Shown in pieces: positions 32,794 through 43,439 of a stretch of DNA of 64,000 nt. The stretch lies in the NCBI GenBank assembly GCA_000002435.2, contig CM018792.1, one strand, 5' to 3'. Origin of the DNA: Giardia intestinalis (taxonomy: Eukaryota). Numbering within the stretch: the first letter of the stretch is position 1; every line of letters begins with the position of its first letter. Position numbers and translations under genes: made by a program. Below the pieces are notes generated by a model, which saw only the letters and a program-made list of their open reading frames with translations, had not been told where the DNA came from and did not search any database.

Positions 32794-35331
32794 TTACCTC
32801 CCTCCTGCTCGTCCAGATGCGCCACGCTTCTTTAGGAGCCGTGCTCTTGCTGCGTCCAGGTCTTTGTAACTATGTTGATCAACTTCCAACATATGTTGAA
32901 CTTTATTGGCGGCGCGCTCTCGTCCTGTTTTAAGCTTTAGCTTTTGTTCTGTTCGGAGAGCTGCTTTCCGTCTGATTTCTCTCCGAGCACTCCGCTCCTC
33001 GTCTCGTTTCTGCTTTTTGATACGCTTCTCTTCTACACGGGCGCGCTCGCGGGCCTTGTTGGGATCCATACTCTTTCCTGGGCAAAAGTCAACCATATAC
33101 ATAGGTTCGTTTGCTTTGATCTCAGGAAGCCTATCATCTATCCAACTTAGACTCTGCTCTTTTCTTTCAGACGACAGCGTCTCAACCAGCAAATTAAGAG
33201 ACCACTGAATCGAGAATTGTGTACCAGGGGTGCTATAACTTTCTGCAGGCACTAAGTGAGATTGGAGCTCCTTGCAAATTGGCAATAGAAGTGAGTACTG
33301 TGAGGATAGGTCGTACTTCTTTGCGATCTTAAGTTGTAAGAAACATGCGTTGAGAACTGTTGAGAACCCTGCTAATATATTTCCCAGGGTGAAAGTCAGA
33401 TCGTCCTGGAATAGAGACGGTAGCAACTCAATCTTGTGTTCTGTTGGTACACTTAGGACTATGTACGGCGCAGTAATAGATTGAAAAACCTTCTTAGGTG
33501 TGTCTGTGATGGCAACGGAGTGTGCAAATAACTTGGAATATACACGGAGTATACACGCGAGGCCTCGAGACACAGATGGAATATGAAGTTGAGTTGCATT
33601 ACTTAGCATGAGGGTGGTCAGAACGAGAGCCTGCAAGAAAAGAGTCTCTTGATATATTGTACAGAGCATGCAGCTATTCATATTAATTAGTGCATCCTCT
33701 GTTGTCAAAAGAATCTGTTCAAGGCGCAAACACAGACCTTGAATTGGAGCGTCGTTGGCCAAAAACATAGCGGTATAGAGAGGCTGTTCCTCAAACACGC
33801 GCATATTAGTGAGTGCAAACTCATCTGGGGATAACGTATACCAAGTTCCTTGTGGAAAAACAATGGCCATTAAATTAGAAAGCATAACACCTCCAAATAT
33901 TGCACGACCATGTAGAGAAAGAAACCCTTTTGGCTGCTCATCACAGGCCTCTGTTTTTTGACTGGCTATAGATGCAGTGGAAAAAAGCACAGTGTCAAGA
34001 CCTTCTATTCTTTTCTTCTTATTAGAGCATTTGCTTTTTAAGGCCTCCTGATTGTGTAGAGAGATCCTCATAAAATTCACAGCCTGGACCGCTTTGTGAT
34101 ACGTTAAGATAAGCTTTTGATAGGCAGACATCATGTAATGTGGAATTTCACTGGTTATATGTCGTAGTCCTCGAGCCTGAGCGTCAATGCGAACTGGATC
34201 TAGTTCAGGCGCGTCATAGATGAGGTACATGAAGCGAGTGGTGCAGAAAGATCCCAATCTCTCCATTTCGGGACGATTAGATCTTTCCAAGAGCGTAGAG
34301 TTGGACTTAATGAGCCTGTCTAGGACCAGTATCTCCTCAATCGATTGAACAGAGTCCAACATTGCCTGGAACTCATCCATAGTACTTGGAACTGGCAACG
34401 AGAATGACAGCTTTTCGAAATATGTGGGCTGAACTTCCCGGCAGAGAAAATGAGGCAACTGATGCTCTCTAGTATCATCTTCCTCACTGTGCTCATTGCC
34501 TTCTGTGCCACTTTGCGTATCAGATTCTTCAGGAGTATCAGATGAAAAATTATCTCCTAAGTTGAAATCTCCGTTAAGGCACTCTGGATCATTACTGGTA
34601 ATATTGGTGGATTGCTGGTGGTCAAGTTTAGGACGCATAACTGGAGCTGTGCTCCTGTCTCTATCCATTTTCTCCAGTGTTTCAGCACACGCTCTTACTG
34701 CGTCGGCTAAATTAGTAGCCCCACGTGACGCATGGACGCGGACTCCATCTAAAGGTTGAAACTCTGCAACAATGGACTGGGATTCCAGACGAGTCTCTTT
34801 CGGCAACAGTCGAGACACTGTCCCATAAGCTCTGTCGAGCTGTTGTACGGCTTCTGAAACATCTCTATTAATACGCTTATGCTCTTCTCGGTAGGCTTTT
34901 GCTTTAGCACGGACCTCGGCGTAAACATCTCTAGCACGCTGCCTCATTTCCCGCTCATAAAAAATCCGCTCATCTGGCCGCGTATTATCTGGAAAATCGA
35001 ATTTCTGTGGTGTCTGATTAATACTGTGTCGTATGAGTTCGCTACGTTGATAGGAATAGCCCTTTTCTCCTTGCTTCGGAACAATGCGCTCATCATTTAT
35101 TTCCGCTATTACGTGAGCATTGTTACCCGCAGAACCAAGTGGTTTTTTGATTGCCTCGGTAATGGGCTTTGCACAAGTGTGTCTATATTTATGCTCCCCT
35201 TTGTTGAGGACTTGACGGCGTGTATTCACCTTAATATGATCAAATGGGTTCAGCTTTCCGTCTTCTACACCCATTTTCCGCTTCACTATGTCCAGTTTTG
35301 CTTGTAACTTAAGGTGGGTCGGTTTCCCCAT
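32794..35331 (-). CDS. Hypothetical protein (845 aa from Met at 35331). The open frame continues to 35604 into the GC-rich repeat, but I take that extension as spurious.
   Basis: The body has ordinary Giardia composition. The 5'-most 91 codons (35332..35604) are low-complexity, Arg/Pro/Gly-rich and GC-rich, and 229 nt of them lie inside the inverted repeat (boundary at 35375). The same sequence mirrored at 52687..52941 makes a dead-end 84-aa ORF. Met35331 (MGKPTHLKLQ...) is 44 nt outside the repeat. Confidence 0.55.
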   Translation of the reverse strand: MGKPTHLKLQAKLDIVKRKMGVEDGKLNPFDHIKVNTRRQVLNKGEHKYRHTCAKPITEAIKKPLGSAGNNAHVIAEINDERIVPKQGEKGYSYQRSELIRHSINQTPQKFDFPDNTRPDERIFYEREMRQRARDVYAEVRAKAKAYREEHKRINRDVSEAVQQLDRAYGTVSRLLPKETRLESQSIVAEFQPLDGVRVHASRGATNLADAVRACAETLEKMDRDRSTAPVMRPKLDHQQSTNITSNDPECLNGDFNLGDNFSSDTPEESDTQSGTEGNEHSEEDDTREHQLPHFLCREVQPTYFEKLSFSLPVPSTMDEFQAMLDSVQSIEEILVLDRLIKSNSTLLERSNRPEMERLGSFCTTRFMYLIYDAPELDPVRIDAQARGLRHITSEIPHYMMSAYQKLILTYHKAVQAVNFMRISLHNQEALKSKCSNKKKRIEGLDTVLFSTASIASQKTEACDEQPKGFLSLHGRAIFGGVMLSNLMAIVFPQGTWYTLSPDEFALTNMRVFEEQPLYTAMFLANDAPIQGLCLRLEQILLTTEDALINMNSCMLCTIYQETLFLQALVLTTLMLSNATQLHIPSVSRGLACILRVYSKLFAHSVAITDTPKKVFQSITAPYIVLSVPTEHKIELLPSLFQDDLTFTLGNILAGFSTVLNACFLQLKIAKKYDLSSQYSLLLPICKELQSHLVPAESYSTPGTQFSIQWSLNLLVETLSSERKEQSLSWIDDRLPEIKANEPMYMVDFCPGKSMDPNKARERARVEEKRIKKQKRDEERSARREIRRKAALRTEQKLKLKTGRERAANKVQHMLEVDQHSYKDLDAARARLLKKRGASGRAGGR

Positions 35332-35699
35332 TATATTTATTTTAAGAAGAGATTTACTCCGTGTTAACAGACGAGCTTGCCACCCGCTGCCCGAGCAGGC
35401 CCGCTGGGGCCTCTCCCCCGCCCTGCGCGGTTGACCCCGAGAGCCTGGAGGCCGCCCGATTCTGGGGAGGGGAGGGGTGTCGCGCCTCCTCGCTCTGAGC
35501 GTCGTGACCTTGCTCTTGCGACACCGTCTGGGCTTCTCCTTTCTCTCACTCAGCCCCCTTGGGGCCAACTTCTGTATGGAGTGGAAAGCAGTGATCTTGG
35601 CCACGTAGCCTAGGGCCTTGGTACTCTATGACGAAGATTGCATACGCCATGAACCTCGGGATGGCCCGAAGCTCACCGGATACTTTCTTGTCATCTCGT

Positions 35700-37751
35700 G
35701 GAGCGGGTGTCCGTCCCACTATCAAGGGTGTGCTCCCCGTATGCCTCTATCTTGGAGTTAGAGTACGCACTCATGGATGCCGGCGGACAGCTCCCATGCG
35801 TTGGTGCCGAGGAAGAGGTCCAGCCCTGGTTTGCCTTCCCGCTCGACCCGTCCTTCTGCTCATGGACCACAGCGCGCCTCTTGTGCAGTGCTAGGAGACG
35901 CATACCGACAGACATTGCGCCTTGCCACGTCACTGGCCGGATCTTCCTGCTCGCGGTTGGCATGCGGCTCCTCGTCTGTCTGAACAAGGCAGTGGGGGTT
36001 GGAGTGGCAGAACTAGAGCGTGTTTGCCAGAGGCGCTAGTCTGCCGGCTAGAGGCGGAGTCGAGCGATGCCTGCCCAGAGATGCTCGCTCGGCTGCGAGG
36101 AGCACTGCAGGGGGTTCCACGAGCGCGGGAAGGCTCCCTCCCCTAGAAGCCCCGAGGGCCCTCGCGTCCCCGAGTTCAGTCTCCAGGGGCTTTGCGGGCA
36201 TATGCGACGATCTGGGCGCAAGAGCCCTGGGTGGTCTCGAACTCCGGACGCACGCTTTCACCAGGGTTTCGCACCCGAGCGTCCTCAGATACCACCGGGT
36301 AATCAGAACGAGCTGCTTTGTCTACACAACCATGGACCGCGGCCACAGAAGTCTAGGACAACTCCTCCTTGAGCACATGCAGGCCGACGAGCCGGTCGCT
36401 GAGGGCCTGGTGTTGTCCATCATGGAGCAGCTTTCTACCGGGCTTACCTACCTCCATGACGTCTGCTGGGAGGACGCCAGCGGAGCGCCCTGCCAGGGAA
36501 TCGTCCACTAGAGCCTCACGCCCGCCGACGCCCTCATTAGACAGGACGAACAGCGCGTCGTGCTCGCAGACTTCGCGTCCACAGAAACGCTCTGCACAGT
36601 GGCAGTGCGGAGGCAGAGGGCCCCGCGTACACGGATCCTGAAGCCCTCAGATGGCGCGGCCTCCGATCTCTGGGCCCTTGGTGCTATCGCATGCGAGCCT
36701 GCCACTTTGAAGGGGCCGAGCTTCCTGGACGGGTAAGACGCAAAGGCCCCTTTGTCGCCGGATGGAAGCCGAATCTGGGCCTTGTTGTGAAGGATCTCGT
36801 GTGGGATGTCCTCGGGAGGGTCTTTGCCTCAGACCCCGAGTGGTGACCAACAGCCACCAAGCTCGCCAGCCTGCTTCTGCGTGCGGGACGTCTGCTGTGG
36901 GCCCGGATCTCCAGGCCGGCGAGTTGGCAAGCACGGGCGAGTCTCTGCGGCCAGTGCCGAGTCTGTCCTTTCGAGGCAGGGCCCGAAGATGCCGCTCAGC
37001 ATATCAGAGGCATTGGCGCATCCATCGGGCCGTTCCACCAAAGGGCGGGAGCAGCACACTGCAGACGGGCACGGGGCTTCCATCGAATCGACCGACCAGG
37101 TTGCAGCGAGCGGCACGAGGTCCCTATCCTTCCGGGTCCCTGCGAAGGACTCCTCGTGGACCCGGCTGATGCGCGCTGCCGTTACTGGAGATCTCAAGAC
37201 GGCACAGAAGCACCTTGGTGAAAAGGACAAGAAGAACGAGGCGGCGACGCGGTGTACACTCCTGCCGTCAAGGCCGGACAGGGGCCGATGCTGGAGCTCC
37301 TTGACCTTACGGATAAGGCCGGGTCACGGCGCTCATGAGGGCTGCGGACAGAGGAGACGCAGAGGCAGTGAGGCTTCTGGTGAAGCACGAGGACGGCATG
37401 AGGGATGACGATGATTGACGGCGCTCATGATAGCAGCACGGTATCGCCATCCGGAATGCGTTAAGCTTGCTAGAGAGGGAAGCATGTATGACAGGCATAA
37501 GAGGCGCGACTGCTCTTGTGCATGCGGCGGCCAACGGCAGTGCCTTGTGCATACCCTTCCTCTTGGAGAAGGAGGCATGTGTGCAGGACGCCAGTGGCTG
37601 GTCTGCTCTCGCGTGGGCAACATATCTAGATAAGCCAGAGTGTGCGAAGCTTCTTATGGGGGAGGAGGACATAGAAATCACCCCCATAGCTGGAGGGTAT
37701 GCCGACGATGGCAACAATGGCAAGACCGGTGGCGACTATTGTCGACTATGA
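35700..37751 (+). pseudogene. NEK-type Ser/Thr kinase plus ankyrin-repeat pseudogene with a nonsense codon in the catalytic loop.
   Basis: Kinase subdomains IV-VIa in ORF 36020..36511 (HPSVLRYHRVIRTSCFVYTTMDRGHRSLGQLLLEHM...IMEQLSTGLTYLH). The frame then reads GIVH-TAG-SLTPADALIRQDEQRVVLADFA...ASDLWALGAI, that is HRDLKP, DFG and subdomain IX, with TAG (36496-36498) replacing the Arg of HRD and DFG changed to DFA. Ankyrin repeats are spread over three frames (WTRLMRAAVTGDLKTAQKHL; TALMIAARYRHPECVKLA; GATALVHAAANGSALCIPFLLEKEACVQDASGWSALAWATYLDKPECAKLL). Confidence 0.7.
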
Positions 37752-40301
37752 CGACTATGATTACTCGACTCCTATGACCACGATTATCATGCTCCTGACG
37801 ATCATGACGTTTACGATTGCTACGGTTACTAGTATTCTGATAACTATGATTTTCATAATCCTTTTGAATGCGATTCCTTATGTGGCGCCACAGCTCTTGA
37901 GCTAGAGGATGGATCATCGAGGGATAGTGGAGGTTCTTTCAACGCGACTGCAGGGTACTAACGGGCTTCTCTACAGGCACACCTTTATACAACTGCCAAT
38001 CTGTTTGCAGCAGTAAAGCTGCGTCACCGCAGTGGCCTAGGGGCTGCTCGATCTATAATTCCGCAAGGGGCAGGCTGATAAAGCAAAACTCTGCGGCCTA
38101 ATTTGTGCCCTGTACAGCCAGCAAGCAAATCCTCTGGACCGCCAGCAGAGCTGCTCGTTCAGCGGAGCGCCGTCTCGTAGGGAGAAGCGGGACGTCACTG
38201 TCAGGCCCAAGCGAGAGTGCCGGCGCCATGCGAACAGTCTCCGGTCCCTGGAGGCCGCCCCGGGTCACCGAAGGCAGGGTATCCTATTGCACAGTGCAGG
38301 CGCGTAGCAGCTAACAGAACCGGCGCAAGTGGCGGCCGAGCGGTGGCTTTTGCGCCTCTCCGAAGTGGGGAGACAGTGTCCAGAAGGCGCGAGGTTCCCG
38401 CGATTTGTCTGGAGCCAGCCGGGAGCGTCACAGAAAAAGCATCTTGAGGGCTCCCTAGGTGCAGTGGCAAAGGGACGTCCGCTGCTTCTTCGCCAGCGGC
38501 TTGCCCGGTGGACCACAGGGCCTCCTAGGCCGCCAAGCGCGAACACAGCTGCGATGAGTGGCTACTGTACGCCCTTGTGACACAGAGTGGACGTGCAGGA
38601 TGCCAGCGACGTGCTGAGGAAGGCTTTATTACCCTCCTGCTGTCTGTGCACCTGCTCCTGGTAAGGATGCTGAGCCCATGCTTACAAGCCACGGCCCCTT
38701 TGAGAGTGGCCAAAGCCGGTGCTCGAGCAGAGATAGATGGCTGCCTCGCAGATCTCGAATCGCTGCGCATGCCGGTCCAGAGAGACACCGATCAGCCCGT
38801 CACTAGGGATGAGGATCCAGGCATGAGAATCGCCAGCCTCCCGCGCCTCGGATGGACCCAGGCGATGGTGGTACGGGGCTAAGGGTCCTGCTACATCCGG
38901 GCAGACCAGGCATTGCCTCTGAACATGACATCAGGTCAGGGCCCTGTCGCGGACAGAGGGGCGAGGCTAGAAGCCAGCCGAGGCGGAGCAGCTGCATAGA
39001 CGGGAGCGCAGGTTATTATGGCAGCAGACTTCCACAGACGAGGGAGCCCGCGCTCTACTCCAGGATGAAACAGCGACGCCCCAGAGTGCGGCCCCGAACC
39101 ATGCTGCACCCCTCCTTTTGTGGCGCGGGAAGACTGCATGCACTTCAACCACGATGCATCCGGCCTTGAACACTGTGCGGAAAGACAGGCGGCCAGTGCG
39201 ATTCATGCGACGCAAGGAAGATGCCTCACCTTCTGATGCCCTACAATGCGGGGAACATAGCCCCCTGCGCACGGGCTGTCTGCTTAAGGACGGCAAGCAC
39301 ATGGAACCAGGCATGAACGGAACCGGGTCTTGATAGCGGCACGGCTGTCTTCAAGGGAAGGGTGATCTCTTGTCTCTTTAAGCAAGACGTGCTGGATCGC
39401 ACAAGCTTACGATTGGGTGAGGAAGGCTTCTGCATGCAACTCTCTGGCATGACCTAGCTGCAAACAGGCGGCAGCGAAGAGCGGACAGCGGGCTCCAGTC
39501 GTGCGGAAGGAGGATGCACCTGCCTGAGGCTACACGCAGTCATCAGGCGGGGCGTTCTCTGCAGAGGTTACGTGCTATGCAGGGTCGTGTCAAACCGAAG
39601 GACCACTCTTAGATGAGCCAGACCAAGGTGCCCCCATCCGCGCGAGACAGGCCTGTCAGATATATGGCATGCCTGCGAAAGTGAGCGCCGACAGGCAGGG
39701 GCCCGGGTAGACCTGGCGTCCTGGCCCAGAGAGTGAACGAGGACGGCCCGCGATACTTGTCCAGCCGAAGTATGAACGCTATGATGCCCCGGGTTGGACA
39801 AGCAACTCTTAGCGCCCCCCCTGAGAGGCTGCAGAGGACGGGCTTCTGGATGGAGGGACGACCCCAGCCAGGCAGACGTGATCACAGAAGAAGGGGCGCT
39901 GGAACCCGGAACAGTGGCTGACGACTGCGTGTCTGCGCGATGCAGTGCCCACTACTGTCAGTCGGCACACGGCGGTCGGCAGGACGCAGAGCTGCAGAGT
40001 GCTGGAGGCGCCGAGCGAGGCCAGTCTCGCTCATGGGACAGAGGCTGCCTGAGCCCCGCAGTCCTGCGAGCCTCTGGACGGTGGCAACAAGAGACCTTTC
40101 ATGGTACGCATCTGCCTGGATGGCGGCGTGATCCCAGAGCCGGCATCGTACCACTTCACGAGCATCACGATCGCTGTGTCCCCCACGATGGTCACTCGGG
40201 CAGTAGTCAGGTGCAGGGCATGGCGGCTCTTCCCTGTCCCCCAGCAGGACCTCGTAAGAGTAGAGTAGATTGTATAACGATGGACGCGTTTACTATCTAA
40301 G

Positions 40302-42524
40302 TCACGCCTTGCCCCTACATATGAACCACCAGCAGAGGAAGCCCACGAGGCCCCCAACGACGACGATGACTGCGACGGAGATGCCCGCGATGGCCCCCGT
40401 GGAGAGCCCGCTCTTATTCGTGCTTCCGCCAGTATTGTCGCCGGTATTATCATCCGTTTCGAAACATATGAACTTGCCGTTAACAGGTGTCGCGCACTGC
40501 CTGCATCCAGCCAGCCCCTCGGAGCACTTTCTGCACGGCCCATTACTACTACTCTCCTTGTAATATCCAGGAGTACATACCTTGCATGTAGTAGCATCGG
40601 CTTCGCAGGTGTAGCAACTTTCGTGGCATTTCGTGCAGGCACTGCCGACCTTCACATATCCGTCCATGCACCTAGAACAGTCCCTAGTGGTGGTGCACTC
40701 AGCGCACCCAGTGTAGCAAGCCACAAGGCTCTCGCCTGTCAGGCTAAATCCTTCTTCCGGAGTCTTGCAGGTTCCGCCTGTACTCTGCGCACTCAAGCAC
40801 ACTGTCGACCCCGGAAGCTGGCTGGTGGAGTAGCAGCCGCCGTTCATCTTGAAGAAGCCGTCTGCGCAGACATTGCACACGCCACCAGTAATGCTTCCAT
40901 CTTTGCACTTATCTGTGCGACTGGTTTTAACAGCACAGACGCCGTTCTGGGGATACTCGTTGTTTTGACTACAGACAGAGCAGTATTTTGTCCCCTCAAC
41001 AGTCAGACCGCACTCCCTGCACTTGCCTGTGCCTGTGCCCGCCGCGCACTCGGCCCCACATGTGCCAGTGTTTCCTGTGGATCCGTAGGTGAGCGCGCTT
41101 CCAGACTTACAGCTTGTGCAATCATTGGCAGTATTTCCGCTACATGTCTTACAGCTGGAATCGCAAGGGGAGCACGCTTCGCCGTAGAAGCCGTCCTTAC
41201 AGAGACCGCACCCGCCATTTTCACTGCACGCGAGACAGTTGGCGACCTCGCACTTCTTGCAGACCCTCTTGTTGCCCTCTGTGCTACTGTAGTAGCCTAG
41301 AATATATTCGCAGTGGTCTATGCACTGGTTTGTTGGCGTCAGATACTTGTTGGACAGACATTCGGTGCAGATCTCTTTGTTTGTTTGTGCACCACTGCAT
41401 GCCTTACAATCCTGAGTACTGCATGGATTTGAAGGGGAATCATTTGGCACGCATTGTGTTTCTTCTTCGTCAAGTTTAAATCCATCATTGCACGTGCAAG
41501 TATTCTCGGTCTTGGCTTCTGAGTTATCAGGGCAGCTACTAATGCACGACTTCTTTCCGAGTCCAAATACCATATTTTCCTTACACGCTGTGCAGGTAAC
41601 GGAGGTGTCACTTTTGGTGCATGTTTTGCAGTTCTCAAACGTTCCTGCCGTGCACGGCTTGCACGTCTTCGGCTCCTCATCGTCGGCGTAGTGGGTGTTT
41701 CCACTCGTGCACGCTTCCTCAGTCACGCACTCGCCTGCCTGATCCTGTGACTGCGCCTTCTTTAGGTACGGCTTGTCCTCATTGCAAGAGGTGCACTTCG
41801 TAGCCTCGGTCTCACAGGTCTTGCATGTCTCAGCGCACTTGGTGCATTTTTTACTGCCTGTTGCATCGACGAAGAAGCCTGCAGTACTCGTGCACTCATG
41901 TTCCGTCACACACGACGTCACGTCGCCGTCCGTCTTAACAATCCTCGCGGTTTGCTGCGCATCAGGGCCGCACGCAGTACACTTAGCAACTCCACTGGCC
42001 TCTACCGTTAATTGTAATCCGTCACAGGCAGTGCACCCATCCACGCCCGTGTACTTCTTATTGCCAGTAAGCGTCACGCCTATCGAATCTCCGCACGAAA
42101 CAACCGAGTCGTGCGCATTATCAGCGCCCGGCGGTAGAAAGTATCCTTCCGTAGCCTGTGTGCACTTACCACCAGCTGCTCCTCCACACATCACATTGCC
42201 AGGCTCAATAGCTTGTTCGTAACACCCGCCCTTGTACATAAAAGTCTGACCAGCGCACTTTGCACAGGTCTCATCAGATGCAGTATTTCCATCGGCAGCT
42301 GTACATTTATCTGTTACATCATCTTTGCCTACACATTTTCCATTGATAGGAACAAATCCTGTGTTACATTGAGAGCAATACAATTTACCACCGATCAGAA
42401 CGTTGCATGCGTTTGCTGCACAATTGGCGTTATTCGCGCAGTGAGCTTCCCGCGCACGTTCTGCTACTTTTTCTGCCCATGCAATCTGGATGGCTAGGCC
42501 CGCGAATATAAAACTGCCGAACAT
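40302..42524 (-). CDS. vsp: Variant-specific surface protein (VSP), 740 aa, copy 1 of an identical pair.
   Basis: Signal peptide MFGSFIFAGLAIQIAWA. About 12% Cys with many CXXC motifs. C-terminal TM plus the invariant Giardia VSP tail GGLVGFLCWWFICRGKA. AGTAAAC polyA signal 7 nt after the stop (40288..40294 on the minus strand). Confidence 0.93.
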   Translation of the reverse strand: MFGSFIFAGLAIQIAWAEKVAERAREAHCANNANCAANACNVLIGGKLYCSQCNTGFVPINGKCVGKDDVTDKCTAADGNTASDETCAKCAGQTFMYKGGCYEQAIEPGNVMCGGAAGGKCTQATEGYFLPPGADNAHDSVVSCGDSIGVTLTGNKKYTGVDGCTACDGLQLTVEASGVAKCTACGPDAQQTARIVKTDGDVTSCVTEHECTSTAGFFVDATGSKKCTKCAETCKTCETEATKCTSCNEDKPYLKKAQSQDQAGECVTEEACTSGNTHYADDEEPKTCKPCTAGTFENCKTCTKSDTSVTCTACKENMVFGLGKKSCISSCPDNSEAKTENTCTCNDGFKLDEEETQCVPNDSPSNPCSTQDCKACSGAQTNKEICTECLSNKYLTPTNQCIDHCEYILGYYSSTEGNKRVCKKCEVANCLACSENGGCGLCKDGFYGEACSPCDSSCKTCSGNTANDCTSCKSGSALTYGSTGNTGTCGAECAAGTGTGKCRECGLTVEGTKYCSVCSQNNEYPQNGVCAVKTSRTDKCKDGSITGGVCNVCADGFFKMNGGCYSTSQLPGSTVCLSAQSTGGTCKTPEEGFSLTGESLVACYTGCAECTTTRDCSRCMDGYVKVGSACTKCHESCYTCEADATTCKVCTPGYYKESSSNGPCRKCSEGLAGCRQCATPVNGKFICFETDDNTGDNTGGSTNKSGLSTGAIAGISVAVIVVVGGLVGFLCWWFICRGKA

Positions 42525-43439
42525 TAACCAATCTGGTAGATTGATAGGAACAGAATCGCGATATATTCAGCCAATCCGTGTGACTGACACATGATGATGA
42601 TGATGATTTACTCCACCCACCGGTTGCTTCCAGTGGTGTGCTGCTGGGGCCCTCGCCTGCAGGCGCTGTCCGCAAATCTCGCGAGTAAATTCCCGCTCAA
42701 TTTTTGGCGATGTCCGGAGATGAGGGTTGGTCACGGGCCGTAACGATAATCACAGCGGTTGTAAGGAGGAGCTATCTGCATTCCTCGGCTGTTCCGTGGG
42801 CATGCGCACACAACCGGACCTGAAACGAAGGAGAGCCCGCAAGGACCCGATCCACATCATGAACGCAAGATCGTACCTTCGGGCCCCCAGAGAGCAAGCC
42901 GTGAGTCTCTACTTGGGAGACCACTCCAAAGACGCTTGCCCTCTCGGCAGGACACACACGCTGGCTCTGTGGCCTACCGTGCAAGAGTGCCAACAATCAA
43001 CCGAGCACCTGAGAGAAGCAAATGATAACAGACACAGAGTACTAGGTGACGACAAACTGATCATTCCATCCCATATACCGAACCAGACAGCTGCCATGCT
43101 CATCCACCAGGGTGCAGCATGATCGCGAGCATCGAGCAGGCCGGGACTGGGGTAGCGCTCCCCGCTATCAGGGGCCTGAACGCCTTGGTAGGAAACTGCT
43201 AGAAGACTCAAGCAACACAGCAGAGCAGACCCAGAGCAAGGCGGACCCAGACCCCGAGAAGGCGAGACGCCGGATAGCAAACAGGGTGAACAACGCGCTG
43301 AGTTTCGGGGCAGTTGCCAAGGCCCTCCGCGCCCTTGATGACACGCCCACGATAGACAAGCCGGAGAAGGCCGACCGCCCTCAGCGCGCTACACCTGTGC
43401 GTCCCCCCGAAGGCTACGTTGGCCTTGACTACCCTCCAT

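Larger units (their letters stand above)
35375..42662. repeat. Left arm of a perfect 7.29-kb inverted repeat (palindrome with a 2.97-kb spacer).
   Basis: Every six-frame ORF in 35375..42662 has an identical translation on the opposite strand at coordinate 88291-x (for example 40302..42524(-) equals 45767..47989(+), 740/740 aa; 36806..37408(+) equals 50883..51485(-); 35377..35613(+) equals 52678..52914(-)). The outer junction was checked by eye: the reverse complement of 35375-35400 matches 52891-52916 and diverges immediately outside (acga versus aaat). Confidence 0.9.

Noticed and set aside
36496-36498. Possibility that the TAG in the kinase HRD motif is a programmed read-through or recoding site, giving an intact kinase.
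   Set aside because: Downstream DFG is also mutated to DFA, the subdomain VIII region is frameshifted, and the ankyrin repeats lie in three different frames, so multiple independent lesions show it is a pseudogene.
37740-37870. Imperfect short tandem repeat (gactatga / gattatcatg units; translation DYDDYDYSTPMTTIIMLLTIMTF...) in each arm.
   Set aside because: Degenerate low-complexity tract inside the decayed C-terminal part of the NEK-ankyrin pseudogene, with no regular unit length, so probably slippage debris rather than a functional repeat.
35375-40300. GC-rich 5-kb stretch (both arms) considered as possible rDNA, since Giardia rDNA is very GC-rich and subtelomeric.
   Set aside because: No universal rRNA blocks seen by eye (for example GTGCCAGCAGCCGCGGTAA or 5.8S/LSU core motifs). 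The region instead contains recognisable kinase subdomains and ankyrin repeats spread over several frames, so it is a decayed NEK-ankyrin pseudogene.
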